Notes: generated by a model from the letters alone, not told the origin. Counted from the stretch's first letter, positions 37,980 to 48,006 are shown. The stretch is 64,000 nucleotides of DNA from Acidobacteriota bacterium (GCA_963663035.1 OY760074.1:192001-256000); one strand, 5' to 3'. Numbers and translations are program-made.

Positions 37980-39975
37980 CCGTCTCAGTGGGAAAGCGAA
38001 GGCTGAATTCGGTGCCGGGCTTGCGGTTGGTGACATCCACATGGGCTCCCATGGCATCCGCCAACATCTTCACCAGGGCCAGGCCGATTCCTGTGCCCCG
38101 GGTGGTCCGGGTCATCTCGTTGTCGATGCGGTAGAATTTCTCAAAGATGCTCTTGAGCTTCCGGCTGGGAATTCCGGGGCCAAAGTCTCTGACCCGAATA
38201 TAGCAGTCCGTCCCTACCTGGCTCACCGTCAACACAATCTTCTTTGATTCGGCTTCTTTTGAAAACTTGATGGCATTATCGATGAGATTGATCAGGATCT
38301 GGGTCAGGGCATCGGTGTCCACCTGGATCGATTGGACCTCTCCTTCCGTGACGGTGGAAAACTCAAAGCCGGCTCTCTGAACCTGGTTGTTGAGTCGCTC
38401 CGTGATACTCGTGATCAATTCGACAGGATGTCGAGCCTCAAGATTGATTTGCCACTCGTTTCGCTCCAACTCGGCCAGGGTCAGTACATTTTGAATCAGC
38501 CGACTGAGTCGCTCACTCTCGTCATGGATGTGCTGGTAGTAGCGCTCCTTCTTCTCTTCTTCCACCCATCCTTCCATGAGGATCTCACCATACATTCGGA
38601 TCGCAGTCAGTGGGGTTTTCAGCTCATGGCTGACCGCAGAAACGAAATCGCTCTTCTTTTGGGAAAGCTCCATCTGGCTGGTGGTCAGTCGATAGATTCC
38701 AAGAAGCCCCCCGAAGAACAGCAGTGAAAGGAAGACAGCCAGAACGTTCACCAGTTGATGCGCCGGGCTTTGGGGAAGGTTGCCCACGGTAATGGCCAGT
38801 TGAAAGTCGCTGAGGGGATAGGGCAATGCGGAGCTGTGAAGGAGCAAGGGCTTTGGATTGCTCGAATCACCTGCCTCCGGCTGCAAGATCTCCCCCTCGT
38901 AGAAGACGAGGTAAGAGGCCGTCTCCGGCAGCGCCGAGTTCAGAAGAGCTGGGTCCAGGTGGGCTTGGAGAAATTCTGTAAGGCTTGTGGCAAAGCCCTG
39001 AATGTATCGTCTCTCTTGTGCCCAAACACTCCTGTAGAGCACCAGCCAGTTCCTGTCAATGAGTTCGCTCTGAAAGGGATCCACTTCCGCCACCACTTCC
39101 GCTTCTGGTTGGACATCGGCATCTCGAGGTGCGAGCTGTTCGTCTCTCCTTCGGAGAGGACGGGGCTCTGGTTCTCCAGCCACCAGGCTGGACAGGTTAT
39201 CTGCGCTCTGAGCGGATGCATTTCCCTTGGCCTCATCCAACTCGTCAGAGTAGGCGTCCTTGAGTTTGGAGTCAAAGACCTCGGCCTGCATGGGTGAGGT
39301 CTTCTGGACCCGGCGCTGGACACTCTCTTTCTTCTCCTCCACTTCACTGCTCACGCCCAGTCCAGGCTCTCTTGAGGCCTGCCTGGCGTACTCACTCTCC
39401 AGAGTGACGTCGACATTCGACTCCAGATTCTCCCTGAACTCTGAGAGGCTTTCCCCCACAGAAGCAGGGGCTTCCTCCAGAATCAGGTCGTCCAGTTGAG
39501 CTCGCAATCCGGTGGACGGGGAGAAGGTGCGTCCCTCCAGCAGAGTGACGAGTTGGTCCCTCATCTGTTCACGCTCTTCCCTCTGGGGGACGACCATCCC
39601 ACTGTCCGACACCCCATCCGGCAAGAGCGGACTGTGGAAGGTTCCGTCCGGATCAATCTGGAAATAGCCCAGGATGCCCGGGATTTCCGATTGCACCGGA
39701 AAGCTGGCTAGCGGCGACAGGTTTAAGCCTTCCTGCTGCGGAACCGGCCGATCGGCAACATGAATATAGCGGTAGTGGGTGTAAGGCCGCTGCTCTTCAA
39801 CCAGGAGGTTCTCCTGTAGCCGCTGGTGGACCGTTGCCATCAGGCCCTCAGCAGTCCTGCGATAGAGGAAGAAGGACTCCTGCTCCAGATTGCTATAGGT
39901 GTGCCTTAGCAGGATCACCATGGGGACAGCCAGCAAGATGAAGAAAAGCGCGAAATACAGACGCAGTCGTTTCAT
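37975..39975 (-). CDS. Sensor histidine kinase with a large extracytoplasmic domain
   Basis: Two TMs, VSHELKTPL, NLIDNAIKF, DFGPGI, GTGIGL. Confidence 0.93.
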   Translation of the reverse strand: MKRLRLYFALFFILLAVPMVILLRHTYSNLEQESFFLYRRTAEGLMATVHQRLQENLLVEEQRPYTHYRYIHVADRPVPQQEGLNLSPLASFPVQSEIPGILGYFQIDPDGTFHSPLLPDGVSDSGMVVPQREEREQMRDQLVTLLEGRTFSPSTGLRAQLDDLILEEAPASVGESLSEFRENLESNVDVTLESEYARQASREPGLGVSSEVEEKKESVQRRVQKTSPMQAEVFDSKLKDAYSDELDEAKGNASAQSADNLSSLVAGEPEPRPLRRRDEQLAPRDADVQPEAEVVAEVDPFQSELIDRNWLVLYRSVWAQERRYIQGFATSLTEFLQAHLDPALLNSALPETASYLVFYEGEILQPEAGDSSNPKPLLLHSSALPYPLSDFQLAITVGNLPQSPAHQLVNVLAVFLSLLFFGGLLGIYRLTTSQMELSQKKSDFVSAVSHELKTPLTAIRMYGEILMEGWVEEEKKERYYQHIHDESERLSRLIQNVLTLAELERNEWQINLEARHPVELITSITERLNNQVQRAGFEFSTVTEGEVQSIQVDTDALTQILINLIDNAIKFSKEAESKKIVLTVSQVGTDCYIRVRDFGPGIPSRKLKSIFEKFYRIDNEMTRTTRGTGIGLALVKMLADAMGAHVDVTNRKPGTEFSLRFPTETG

Positions 39976-40682
39976 GCTTCCCCCTTTACTTGGTAGCCCT
40001 CGCCACGAACCGTCACCAGCAACTGGGGTTGAGTGGAATCGATCTCGATTTTGCGCCGCAGCTTGGCTATGTGGATATCGACCGTTCGGGTTTCGACATA
40101 GTCGACATTGCCGTAGCCCCACACTTCCTGCAGCAGTTCCTTCCGCGAGACCGGGCGGGCTGCCCGGCTGAGGTACACCAGGATCTCTAGCTCGCGCCGG
40201 GTGAAGAGGATCTCTTCCCCATCTCTTTTGCCCATCAGATGTTCCGGGTGAATGAGGAGATCTCCTAGACTGAAAGCATTCATGTCTGTGTGGAGTTTGC
40301 CCGATCGCCTCAGAACGGCCTCCACTCGCGCCAGAAGCTGCCCGACCGAGAAAGGTTTCGGAATGTAATCGTCTGTTCCCAGTTTGAGGCCCCGGATGAT
40401 GTCTTCTTCGGAGGTCTTGGCTGTCAGCATGATGATGGGCAAGTGCCGGTCCACCTCACGGATTCGATTACAAATGCTAAAGCCATCCAGACCGGGAAGC
40501 ATGATATCCAGGAGTATCAGGTGATAGTCACCACTGAGGGCCATCTCCAGAGCAGCATGACCTTCCACTGCGGTCTCCACCTGGTAGCCATTATAGACAA
40601 AGACATCGGTCAGTCCCTGAAGGATCGACTCCTCATCTTCTATGATCAGCAGTTTTGGCTTGGCCGGCTTCATGTCTTTCAT
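39972..40682 (-). CDS. OmpR/PhoB-family response regulator (start 40682 or 40673)
   Basis: IIEDE, LDIMLPG, MLTAK, KPF, RTVDIHIAKLRRKIE, TVRGEGY. Confidence 0.95.
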   Translation of the reverse strand: MKDMKPAKPKLLIIEDEESILQGLTDVFVYNGYQVETAVEGHAALEMALSGDYHLILLDIMLPGLDGFSICNRIREVDRHLPIIMLTAKTSEEDIIRGLKLGTDDYIPKPFSVGQLLARVEAVLRRSGKLHTDMNAFSLGDLLIHPEHLMGKRDGEEILFTRRELEILVYLSRAARPVSRKELLQEVWGYGNVDYVETRTVDIHIAKLRRKIEIDSTQPQLLVTVRGEGYQVKGEA

Positions 40683-40703
40683 TCTAATGCCTTTCTGCTC
40701 GTT

Positions 40704-40724
40704 TGTGTGTAAACACTTTGTAAA
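40704..40724. promoter_or_regulatory. Direct-repeat box TGTAAA-N5-TGTAAA, candidate response-regulator site
   Basis: TGTGTGTAAACACTTTGTAA; 18/20 identical to 48604-48623. Confidence 0.65.
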
Positions 40725-40847
40725 AGTTGGCGCCTGCCTTTTTACCGAGAGTTGTCTACTAATTTGTTCTGTGGATCGGTCAGTATGGGTATGAGCGAAA
40801 TGGCGTTCACAAACAACCAAAACCAAGACAACTGAAAGGAGAACAAC

Positions 40848-42320
40848 ATGAACGTACTAACCAGGTTTCAAACATTTGGAAAATCTCGACGGGGCGGCAT
40901 CCTGGCCTTACTGCTCGGTATCCTGGCCACAGTCCTCTGGGTGCAGGTTCGAGCGGGAGCCTTTCCGGGATACCCTCACGTGGGTGGTGTCGACCCTCAG
41001 CCGTCTGTCCACCCCAAAACGGGTGTCCAGTTCCAGGCGTCCCTCTCCCAGCCGATGATCGTCCAGGGAAGTGATGGCACGGTCTACTTGGACCTGTCTG
41101 TCGTTACTCCCAAGATCTCGCGGCCGGACATCTTGAGGATGCCCACCGACACCATCGTGGTCCTGGATCGCAGCGGTTCCATGGCAGAGGACAACAAGTG
41201 GATGTTTGCCACCCAAGCTGTCCACTCGCTCCTGGACCGCCTCATGTCCGGAGACCGCATCGCTTTGGTGACCTTCGACACCCACGCCCGTGTCCAATCG
41301 CAATTGGTCTCGGCCAACGAAACGAACATCCAGCGCTTTAGAGATATCGTGAACAGCCTGAGTCCCGGAGCTTCGACCAATCTGGGCGACGGACTCCTGG
41401 CCGCCGAAAGGATGGCAGCAGCTTTACGCGTATCAGAGCGGGGGCGACGAGTCATCCTTCTGTCCGATGGTCAGGCCAATGTTGGTATCTCCCACCCGCT
41501 GGAACTCAATGCCATTGCCCGACGGATTGCGGATCAGGGCAGCATTCTTTCCACTGTTGGCATGGGACTGGGATTCAACGAGAACCTCCTGGCTTCCCTG
41601 GCTGACAACGGCATGGGCAGCTTCAGTTATCTCGAGCATCTGGAATCGCTGGGTACGATCCTGGCCCAGGAGCTGGATGACTCCCGCGACGTCTACGCCG
41701 ATAGTTCCCAGATGCGAATTCATCTCCCCATGGGTGTGGAGCTTGTGGAGGCCTCCGGTTATCCCTTTGTTCTGGAGGGAAGAACGGCCGTTATCCGGAC
41801 CGGTCAGCTTTTCCAGGATAGTAACAAAAGCTTTATGGCCACTCTCCGGGTTGCCAATCACGTGCCCGCTGAGTACACGCTGGGCAACATCGACTTGAGC
41901 TACCGGGTGGACGGTCATTCCTACAAACAGGAAGTCGAATCGTCAGGATTGACCATCGCCTGCGTTCCCGCAGAGCGAGAAGAGGAAGCGGTGGCTTCGA
42001 TCGACAAGGATGTCTATCGGGACGCCTGGATCAGGAACAACCTGGGCTCGGTCATGAGAGAAGTGGGTGACTTCGTTCGCAAAGGAGACCGGCAACAAGC
42101 CGAGGAGCTGCTGGAAGACTATAAAGAACGCCTGGAGGAAGCAGATCAGGCCGTGCCCGGTATAAAGAAGGAGGCAACTGCTCAACTGGACGAGCTGAAA
42201 GCCAGAGTCGACGATGCCTTCCAGGGCCCCGCCCAGAGAGCCAAGCAGAACCGTGCCGCCAAGGCCTTCCTGGGTGAGAGTCAGGAGCTTCAAAGAGAAG
42301 TCAACAAGAACAACAACTAG
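40848..42320 (+). CDS. Membrane-anchored or exported VWA domain protein
   Basis: MIDAS DRSGSM, GASTN, LSDGQAN; N-terminal hydrophobic segment. Confidence 0.9.
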   Translation: MNVLTRFQTFGKSRRGGILALLLGILATVLWVQVRAGAFPGYPHVGGVDPQPSVHPKTGVQFQASLSQPMIVQGSDGTVYLDLSVVTPKISRPDILRMPTDTIVVLDRSGSMAEDNKWMFATQAVHSLLDRLMSGDRIALVTFDTHARVQSQLVSANETNIQRFRDIVNSLSPGASTNLGDGLLAAERMAAALRVSERGRRVILLSDGQANVGISHPLELNAIARRIADQGSILSTVGMGLGFNENLLASLADNGMGSFSYLEHLESLGTILAQELDDSRDVYADSSQMRIHLPMGVELVEASGYPFVLEGRTAVIRTGQLFQDSNKSFMATLRVANHVPAEYTLGNIDLSYRVDGHSYKQEVESSGLTIACVPAEREEEAVASIDKDVYRDAWIRNNLGSVMREVGDFVRKGDRQQAEELLEDYKERLEEADQAVPGIKKEATAQLDELKARVDDAFQGPAQRAKQNRAAKAFLGESQELQREVNKNNN

Positions 42321-43959
42321 CCCGGATTATTCATAAATTCTGAAGAAGGGGTCTGATCGAGGGCACAAAAAGATGCCGTACCTATTTGATATAAAAGGGG
42401 TTATGAAACAACTCCAAACCAAAAAGGTACGGCCCAGCGATGCATCAGTCTGCCAGATCAACTTGCCATCTCACCCTGACAGAAAAGTGGTGGCTCGATT
42501 CGATGGAGGCCGGCTCTCCTCCGATGCCGGGCTGCTGTGTCTGTACGCCCTGGATCAACAGCACGGACTGACGGCTGGCTTTGCCTCCTGCCTGAAGGAC
42601 GCTCGAGATAGCCGCTACGTCCGCCACCAGATTCGCGAACTGCTCACCCAGCGCAGCTTTCAGATCGTGGCCGGCTATGAGGACTGCAACGATGCCGACA
42701 GCTTGCGCTCGGATCCCATCTTCAAGACCGTGTGTGATCGGCTGCCGGAAAGCGATCCGGATCTGGCTTCTCAACCCACGCTGTCGCGACTGGAGAACTC
42801 GGTGGACTCGAAGGATCTCACTCGCCTGGGACAGTGGCTGCTGGAGACCTACTTGAAGCACCGCAAGAAGAGCCGGCCCGAGAAGATCATCCTGGACATC
42901 GACAGCACGGATGACGTCACGCATGGGCAGCAGGAGTTCAGCTTTTACCACGGCTATTATCGCGAGCACATGTATCATCCGCTGCTGCTATTCGATGGCG
43001 AGACGGGCGATCTGGTATGTGCGCTACTGCGGCCCGGCAACCAGGGGGCGGCCGCCCACGCGGTGGCGGTTCTCAAACGGGTGGTGGCCCGGATGCGCCA
43101 GGTTCTGGGATCCGATGTTCCGATCGAAGTGCGAGCCGACAGTGGCTTTGCGACGCCGGCACTGTACGAGTTCTGTGAGGAGGAAAAACTGCAGTATGTG
43201 GTGGGCTTTGCCCGCAACTCCCGGCTGGCGGCCACCGTCGAGCCCTTGGTTGAGCAGGTGCAAGCAGACTATGACGACTCAGGAGAAAAGCAACGCCAGT
43301 TCACCGAGCTCGTCTATCAGGCCGACAGTTGGGACCGGGAGCGGCGCATGGTGGCCAAGGTGGAAGTGAGCGAGCGCGGGTTCAACCGTCGCTTTGTGGT
43401 CACCAACCGCCAGGATCTCACGGCCGGGCAGCTGTATGACCACTACATCGGACGGGGCCAGTGCGAGAACTTCGTGAAAGCTTTCAAAAAAGATCTGGCC
43501 ATGGATCGCTTGAGCTGCCACCGTTTCCTGGCCAACCAGTTCCGACTCTTCATCCACGCCCTGGCCTATGTCTTAATCCTGCGCCTGCGGGATTACCTGT
43601 GCGGGACTCCCTGGCACAACCTGGAGATTGAGACGCTCCGCCGCCGCCTGTTCAAAATCGGTGCCCGGGTTCGGGAAACTTCTCGTCGCATCTGGGTGCA
43701 CCTGGCATCGTCTTATCCCGAACAAAAGCTCTTCGCATTACTGATGCACCGTCTGTGTCCCACCTGACGGTCCCCTGACTCCCTGCGCCAACACAGATAT
43801 ACAGCCCCCTGCGGGCCGAGCTGTTTCCGGAAGGGGCTCTCGCTTCATCTCTATTCGGCTCAACAAGCTTGGACGCCTTGTAATCGCACCTGAACACACT
43901 CTCAGCCCTGAACTTCCGCAGAAAATCGACACTCACCCCAAACTTATGAATAATTGCGG
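42321..43959 (+). mobile_element. IS1380-family insertion sequence, copy 1 (1639 bp, CTAG target duplication)
   Basis: Ends CCCGGATTATTCATAA / TTATGAATAATTGCGG, CTAG on both sides, one transposase ORF. Confidence 0.93.
42403..43767 (+). CDS. IS1380-family DDE transposase (start may be 42373)
   Basis: FDGGRLSSDAG, GYEDCNDAD.LRSDP, ASQPTLSRLEN, LDIDST, RADSGF, Y..RGQCEN..K. Confidence 0.93.
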   Translation: MKQLQTKKVRPSDASVCQINLPSHPDRKVVARFDGGRLSSDAGLLCLYALDQQHGLTAGFASCLKDARDSRYVRHQIRELLTQRSFQIVAGYEDCNDADSLRSDPIFKTVCDRLPESDPDLASQPTLSRLENSVDSKDLTRLGQWLLETYLKHRKKSRPEKIILDIDSTDDVTHGQQEFSFYHGYYREHMYHPLLLFDGETGDLVCALLRPGNQGAAAHAVAVLKRVVARMRQVLGSDVPIEVRADSGFATPALYEFCEEEKLQYVVGFARNSRLAATVEPLVEQVQADYDDSGEKQRQFTELVYQADSWDRERRMVAKVEVSERGFNRRFVVTNRQDLTAGQLYDHYIGRGQCENFVKAFKKDLAMDRLSCHRFLANQFRLFIHALAYVLILRLRDYLCGTPWHNLEIETLRRRLFKIGARVRETSRRIWVHLASSYPEQKLFALLMHRLCPT

Positions 43960-43973
43960 CTAGGAGGAACATA

Positions 43974-44561
43974 ATGGCTATTACAAATCGTATAAGACGA
44001 CTTTTTCATGCCGATGTACACGCTGTTTTGGACATCATCGAGGAGCCCGAAGCAATTCTGAAGCAGGCGATTCGAGAGATGCAGGAGGCTCTTGACTTGA
44101 AGAGAGCCCGGCTGGCCAGGGACCAAAGGAACCTGGCCTCGCTGAAAGGGGCCGAGACCTATTCCAACGAGCAGCTGGCAAAGGTTCAGAAAGATGTGAA
44201 GCTTTGCTTGAGGCAAGGCTCTGAGGACCTGGCCCGCAAGACGGTGGGGCGTAAGCTTGCCCTGGAGAAACATGTGGCAGTTGTAAAGCAGCGCATCTCG
44301 GCCGGGGAGAAACTCCACCAGAAGAACAAGCAGGAGATTGATCTTCAGCAGGGCCAACTCGAGTCGATAGTCGAAAAGGCCAAACTGTTTGTGCCGACGG
44401 CAGCGGAGGACTCAGTCTTCTCTGTTGCCGAGTCCATTCTCACCAGCGCTGAGCGGGGTGCCGGTCGAGGCTATCCCGGCGGCATGCAGGTGAGTGAGGA
44501 GGAAATCGAACTGGAATGGATACGCATTCGCGACGGTCTCGACAAGGGAGGTGCCTCATGA
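43974..44561 (+). CDS. PspA/IM30 (ESCRT-III-like) family protein
   Basis: RIRRLFHADVHAVLDIIEEPEAILKQAIREM, coiled coils, EDLARK, VSEEEIELE. Confidence 0.85.
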   Translation: MAITNRIRRLFHADVHAVLDIIEEPEAILKQAIREMQEALDLKRARLARDQRNLASLKGAETYSNEQLAKVQKDVKLCLRQGSEDLARKTVGRKLALEKHVAVVKQRISAGEKLHQKNKQEIDLQQGQLESIVEKAKLFVPTAAEDSVFSVAESILTSAERGAGRGYPGGMQVSEEEIELEWIRIRDGLDKGGAS

Positions 44562-45139
44562 AGCGACCCACCATCTTTGCGGGAATCGCTTTCGCTTTTG
44601 TGGTTGCTGTCTTCACGGTGCCGGTATGGTGGGGGGGCAAAACAGCCCTGCCTTTTTCACTGGCCTTCCGTTTGATCACACTGAGTGGCTATCTCGCCTA
44701 TTGCTTCTATTTGTTGAGGACGGCCAAAACCCGCGTGGGGGCGCTCACCCTGGCCACTGCCAATCTGGTGACCGCGCTGGCGCTCTCATTCCTGCCTCTT
44801 ACCAACTCGATGATGGTCGGGGCACTGGTGGTCATGATCAGTCTGAACCGTTCACTGCTCTTTCAACGCAGTCTGATGGCCATTGCTCTTGATGGTCTGG
44901 TGTCGGGAGCAGGATTGATGTTTGCCGGGTATCTCTTCACCAAAACGGGAAGCGTGCCCGCGGCAATGTGGAGTTTCTTTCTGCTGCAGTCGGTATTCGT
45001 GCTGATTCCGCCGCGATCATGGGGAGAGGCCGGCCTCTTCTCAGCCGATGAAAGCGGGGACACAGTGGATGTTTTCGTTCACCCCCAACGGCAGGCAGAG
45101 GCGGCGCTGGAGCGGATTGTCCAGGAGGGCGTGGGGTGA
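44558..45139 (+). CDS. Multi-pass membrane protein coupled to the PspA-like gene
   Basis: ATGA overlap, about 6 hydrophobic segments, WSFFLLQS. Confidence 0.8.
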   Translation: MKRPTIFAGIAFAFVVAVFTVPVWWGGKTALPFSLAFRLITLSGYLAYCFYLLRTAKTRVGALTLATANLVTALALSFLPLTNSMMVGALVVMISLNRSLLFQRSLMAIALDGLVSGAGLMFAGYLFTKTGSVPAAMWSFFLLQSVFVLIPPRSWGEAGLFSADESGDTVDVFVHPQRQAEAALERIVQEGVG

Positions 45140-45155
45140 AAAGGGTTTGAAGATT

Positions 45156-45179
45156 GGGAGCGGCCAGGGGGCCGCTCCC
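45156..45179. terminator. GC-rich hairpin after the VWA-PspA operon
   Basis: GGGAGCGGCC-AGGG-GGCCGCTCCC. Confidence 0.55.
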
Positions 45180-45204
45180 TTCGGCACCTGAGGTGTCTCC
45201 CACG
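45180..45204 (-). repeat. GTGGGAG-type REP-like element, second copy
   Basis: 24/25 identical to 18575-18599. Confidence 0.7.
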
Positions 45205-45241
45205 TTCCCGAAGGACCCTTTATACCTCCCACGTTCCCCCT

Positions 45242-46345
45242 CTACAGGCCCAGCATGGTTTCGTCTGCCAACATGTCGACGACCGCTTCAAAGCTCTCCG
45301 TTTCCTCGTATTTCCTCAGTTGTCGATCGGCGCTTGTCCCTTCCTTGAGGATGGTTCGGATGTAGGCTACTTCTTCGTGTATGTCCAACTGGTCCAGGAC
45401 GTCGCCCAGTATTTCCAACAGTTCTTCCAGCAGAGAACGAAGGGGCACTTCTTTTTCCTTCCCCCAATCCAACAAGTCCCCATCGATTCCCGCCTTGGCT
45501 GCCCGCCATTTGTTTTCCGCGACCAGGGCCCGGCGGTAACGGCGCCAGCTCTGATTGTTTTCCCGCAACTGAATCAGCTTTGCGACCATGGCTTGTAGGA
45601 GAGCGGCAATGGCAATGACTTCGTCTATCTTGGTCGTGCAGTCGCAGATTCTGAACTCCAGGGTCGGAAACTTGGGATGAGGGCGAATGTCCCACCAAAT
45701 TTTAGTCGGCTCGTCTATGCAGTGGGTCTTGATCAGGGTTTGGACAAACTCATCATATTCTGTGGCAGAATCAAAGTACTCGGGGAGACCAGTTCGCGGA
45801 AGATCTTCAAAAATAACACTTCTATAGGATTTCAAGCCGGTGTTGCGTCCCAGCCAAAAAGGAGAGGAGGTGGACAGACTCAGAATGTGAGGCATGAAGT
45901 AGGTAATTTGATTCATGACGTCAATGCGTAAGTCCTCATCGGGGATGCCGATATGTACATGCATTCCGAAGACTAACAGGCGGCGGGCAACATCCTGCAG
46001 GTCTCCTTCTAAAACCCTATAGCGAGCCTTATTGGTAATGACCTGATCTTCCCAGCGAGAAAAAGGGTGAGTGCCAGCTGCCACAAACCTGCGGTTGTGA
46101 CCGTCGGCGATCTCCCCAACCAGGCTGCGAAGTTGCTTGACCTCTTTGCGAAGTTCCTTGACGTTTTGGCACACCAGGCTTCCGGTCTCAATCTGAGATT
46201 GGAGAAACTCCGGTTTGACTTGATCCCTGAAAAGCGTGGCCTTCCCTTTCAAGAATTCAGAGATGTAAGAAGTCAACTCCCGGGTCTGGGGGTCAATAAT
46301 TTGATATTCTTCTTCGATTCCAATGGTTAGGTCGGCAAGATCCAT
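45242..46345 (-). CDS. Carboxylate-amine ligase (YbdK/GCS2 family)
   Basis: TIGIEEEYQ, GTHPF, FGMHVHIG, SSPFW, WWDIRPHP.FPTLEFRICD. Confidence 0.92.
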   Translation of the reverse strand: MDLADLTIGIEEEYQIIDPQTRELTSYISEFLKGKATLFRDQVKPEFLQSQIETGSLVCQNVKELRKEVKQLRSLVGEIADGHNRRFVAAGTHPFSRWEDQVITNKARYRVLEGDLQDVARRLLVFGMHVHIGIPDEDLRIDVMNQITYFMPHILSLSTSSPFWLGRNTGLKSYRSVIFEDLPRTGLPEYFDSATEYDEFVQTLIKTHCIDEPTKIWWDIRPHPKFPTLEFRICDCTTKIDEVIAIAALLQAMVAKLIQLRENNQSWRRYRRALVAENKWRAAKAGIDGDLLDWGKEKEVPLRSLLEELLEILGDVLDQLDIHEEVAYIRTILKEGTSADRQLRKYEETESFEAVVDMLADETMLGL

Positions 46346-46376
46346 GAACACCCCTTGGACTAACGGACGCGAAGTA

Positions 46377-47657
46377 GTGAAGAACAGTATAGCGTACTCT
46401 AATAAAGTTCTCCTGATCGTCTTCGGTTCCCTGTTGTTGCTCGGTTGCGGTGCGCCAACTGAATCGGCAGATCTTATCCTCACCAATGCCCGTGTGATCG
46501 ATGGGACGGGAGTCGTCCATGATTCTGCCATTATCGCCATCACGGGGACACGCATCCAAAGCATTACCAGCGGCCAAAAGCGGTTCAACGCCCGTGAGAG
46601 GATCGACGTCCAGGGTAAAACGGTGCTGCCTGGGCTGATCAATACCCATGTCCATTTAAGACCTGCCGGGCTGGTCGATGAGGAGACGCTCACCGAGTAT
46701 CTCAGGAATGGATTTTTGGTGGACCTGCAGGACTACCTGGCGCATGGCGTCACCACTCTCAAATCCGCCGGGGATCCCGCTGAGCTCTTGATCCAGGTCA
46801 GAGAGCGTCTTGCACGAGGTGAGATTCGGGGCCCTCGACTCTTTCTGGCCGGCCCTCCACTGACGGCAGTGGGAGGACATCCTGCCGCTACGCTCTTCGC
46901 GGAGAATCCCTGGCTGCGTGACCGACATGTTAAAGAACTGACCTCTGAAGAGGAGGCCCGAGCTGCCGTGCGTCAGTTGGCCGGGGCAGGTGTAGACGCC
47001 ATCAAGTTTGTCTATCAGGGGAGTACCGATAAGAGCCAACCCTATCTGTTTCGGCCCGGTCTTCCACTCCGCAAAATGACTCCGCAGATGATGGAAGCGA
47101 TCATCGATGAAGGTCATCTCCATCAGCTTCCTGTTACAGCTCACACCAATGATCTGGAGGATGCCCTGGCGGTACTGGAAGCGGGAAGTGATGGTTTAGA
47201 GCATGGTGTCACCCGCATGCGACTCGAGGACGAGAAGCTGGGCTCCCTTTTGCGAGAGCGTCAGGCATCCTATGTGCCCACCCTCCGTTTGCCTGACAGG
47301 CGCCGACCCGAGGACCTGGAGACGGCCCAGGCCAATCTGAGACAGGTTGCTCAGGCCGGTGGCCGCGTTGTTCTTGGAACCGATGGAATCCCTTCGGATG
47401 GTGGTTCGGGCCTGGATACTCTCAAGGAACTGGAACTGATGGTCCAGGCGGGCATGACTCCACAGCAGGTGATTCAGGCGGCCACCAGCAATGCCGCCCG
47501 GCACCTGGGAAAGCTGGGTGAGCTGGGAACTCTGGAGCCAGGCGCCCTGGCCGATCTCATCATCGTGGAGGGTGATCCTCTGACGGATATTACGACGCTG
47601 CACAACATTGAGGTCGTCATAAAAGGTGGAGAAATTGTGGTGGATAATCGGAGATGA
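46377..47657 (+). CDS. Amidohydrolase family lipoprotein
   Basis: LLGC lipobox, PGLINTHVH, TAH, LEHG, GTD, GALADLI. Confidence 0.88.
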   Translation: MKNSIAYSNKVLLIVFGSLLLLGCGAPTESADLILTNARVIDGTGVVHDSAIIAITGTRIQSITSGQKRFNARERIDVQGKTVLPGLINTHVHLRPAGLVDEETLTEYLRNGFLVDLQDYLAHGVTTLKSAGDPAELLIQVRERLARGEIRGPRLFLAGPPLTAVGGHPAATLFAENPWLRDRHVKELTSEEEARAAVRQLAGAGVDAIKFVYQGSTDKSQPYLFRPGLPLRKMTPQMMEAIIDEGHLHQLPVTAHTNDLEDALAVLEAGSDGLEHGVTRMRLEDEKLGSLLRERQASYVPTLRLPDRRRPEDLETAQANLRQVAQAGGRVVLGTDGIPSDGGSGLDTLKELELMVQAGMTPQQVIQAATSNAARHLGKLGELGTLEPGALADLIIVEGDPLTDITTLHNIEVVIKGGEIVVDNRR

Positions 47658-47660
47658 AAA

Positions 47661-47984
47661 ATGGTGACCCTCGAAGACTTTCAGAAATTAGAGATCCGGA
47701 TCGGCAAGGTCCTCTCCGTAGAGAAAGTTGCTGGCGCGGATAAGCTGCTGAAATTCATCTTTGACTTCGGCAGCGAACAAAGGCAAATCATCGCTGGAAT
47801 GGCGACTTTCTTCCCGGAACCCTCGAGCTTGGAGGGAAAAGAAATGCCGGTCTTGCTCAATATTGAACCCAGGACCTTCAGGGGTGAGGTGAGCCACGGA
47901 ATGATTATTGCAGCAGACGTTGATGGACATCCGGTTCTGCTGCATCCGGAAAGAGAAGTGGAACCGGGTAGTAGGGTTCTGTAG
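47661..47984 (+). CDS. tRNA-binding protein (CsaA/Trbp111/MetRS C-terminal-like)
   Basis: DFQKLEIRIGKV, ADKLL, RQIIAG, SHGMI. Confidence 0.9.
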   Translation: MVTLEDFQKLEIRIGKVLSVEKVAGADKLLKFIFDFGSEQRQIIAGMATFFPEPSSLEGKEMPVLLNIEPRTFRGEVSHGMIIAADVDGHPVLLHPEREVEPGSRVL

Positions 47985-48006
47985 CCGGGACTATGCATAA
48001 TCCCGG
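47985..48006. repeat. 22-bp minimal (ends-only) form of the MITE family
   Basis: GTAG-CCGGGACTATGCATAATCCCGG-CTAG. Confidence 0.8.
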
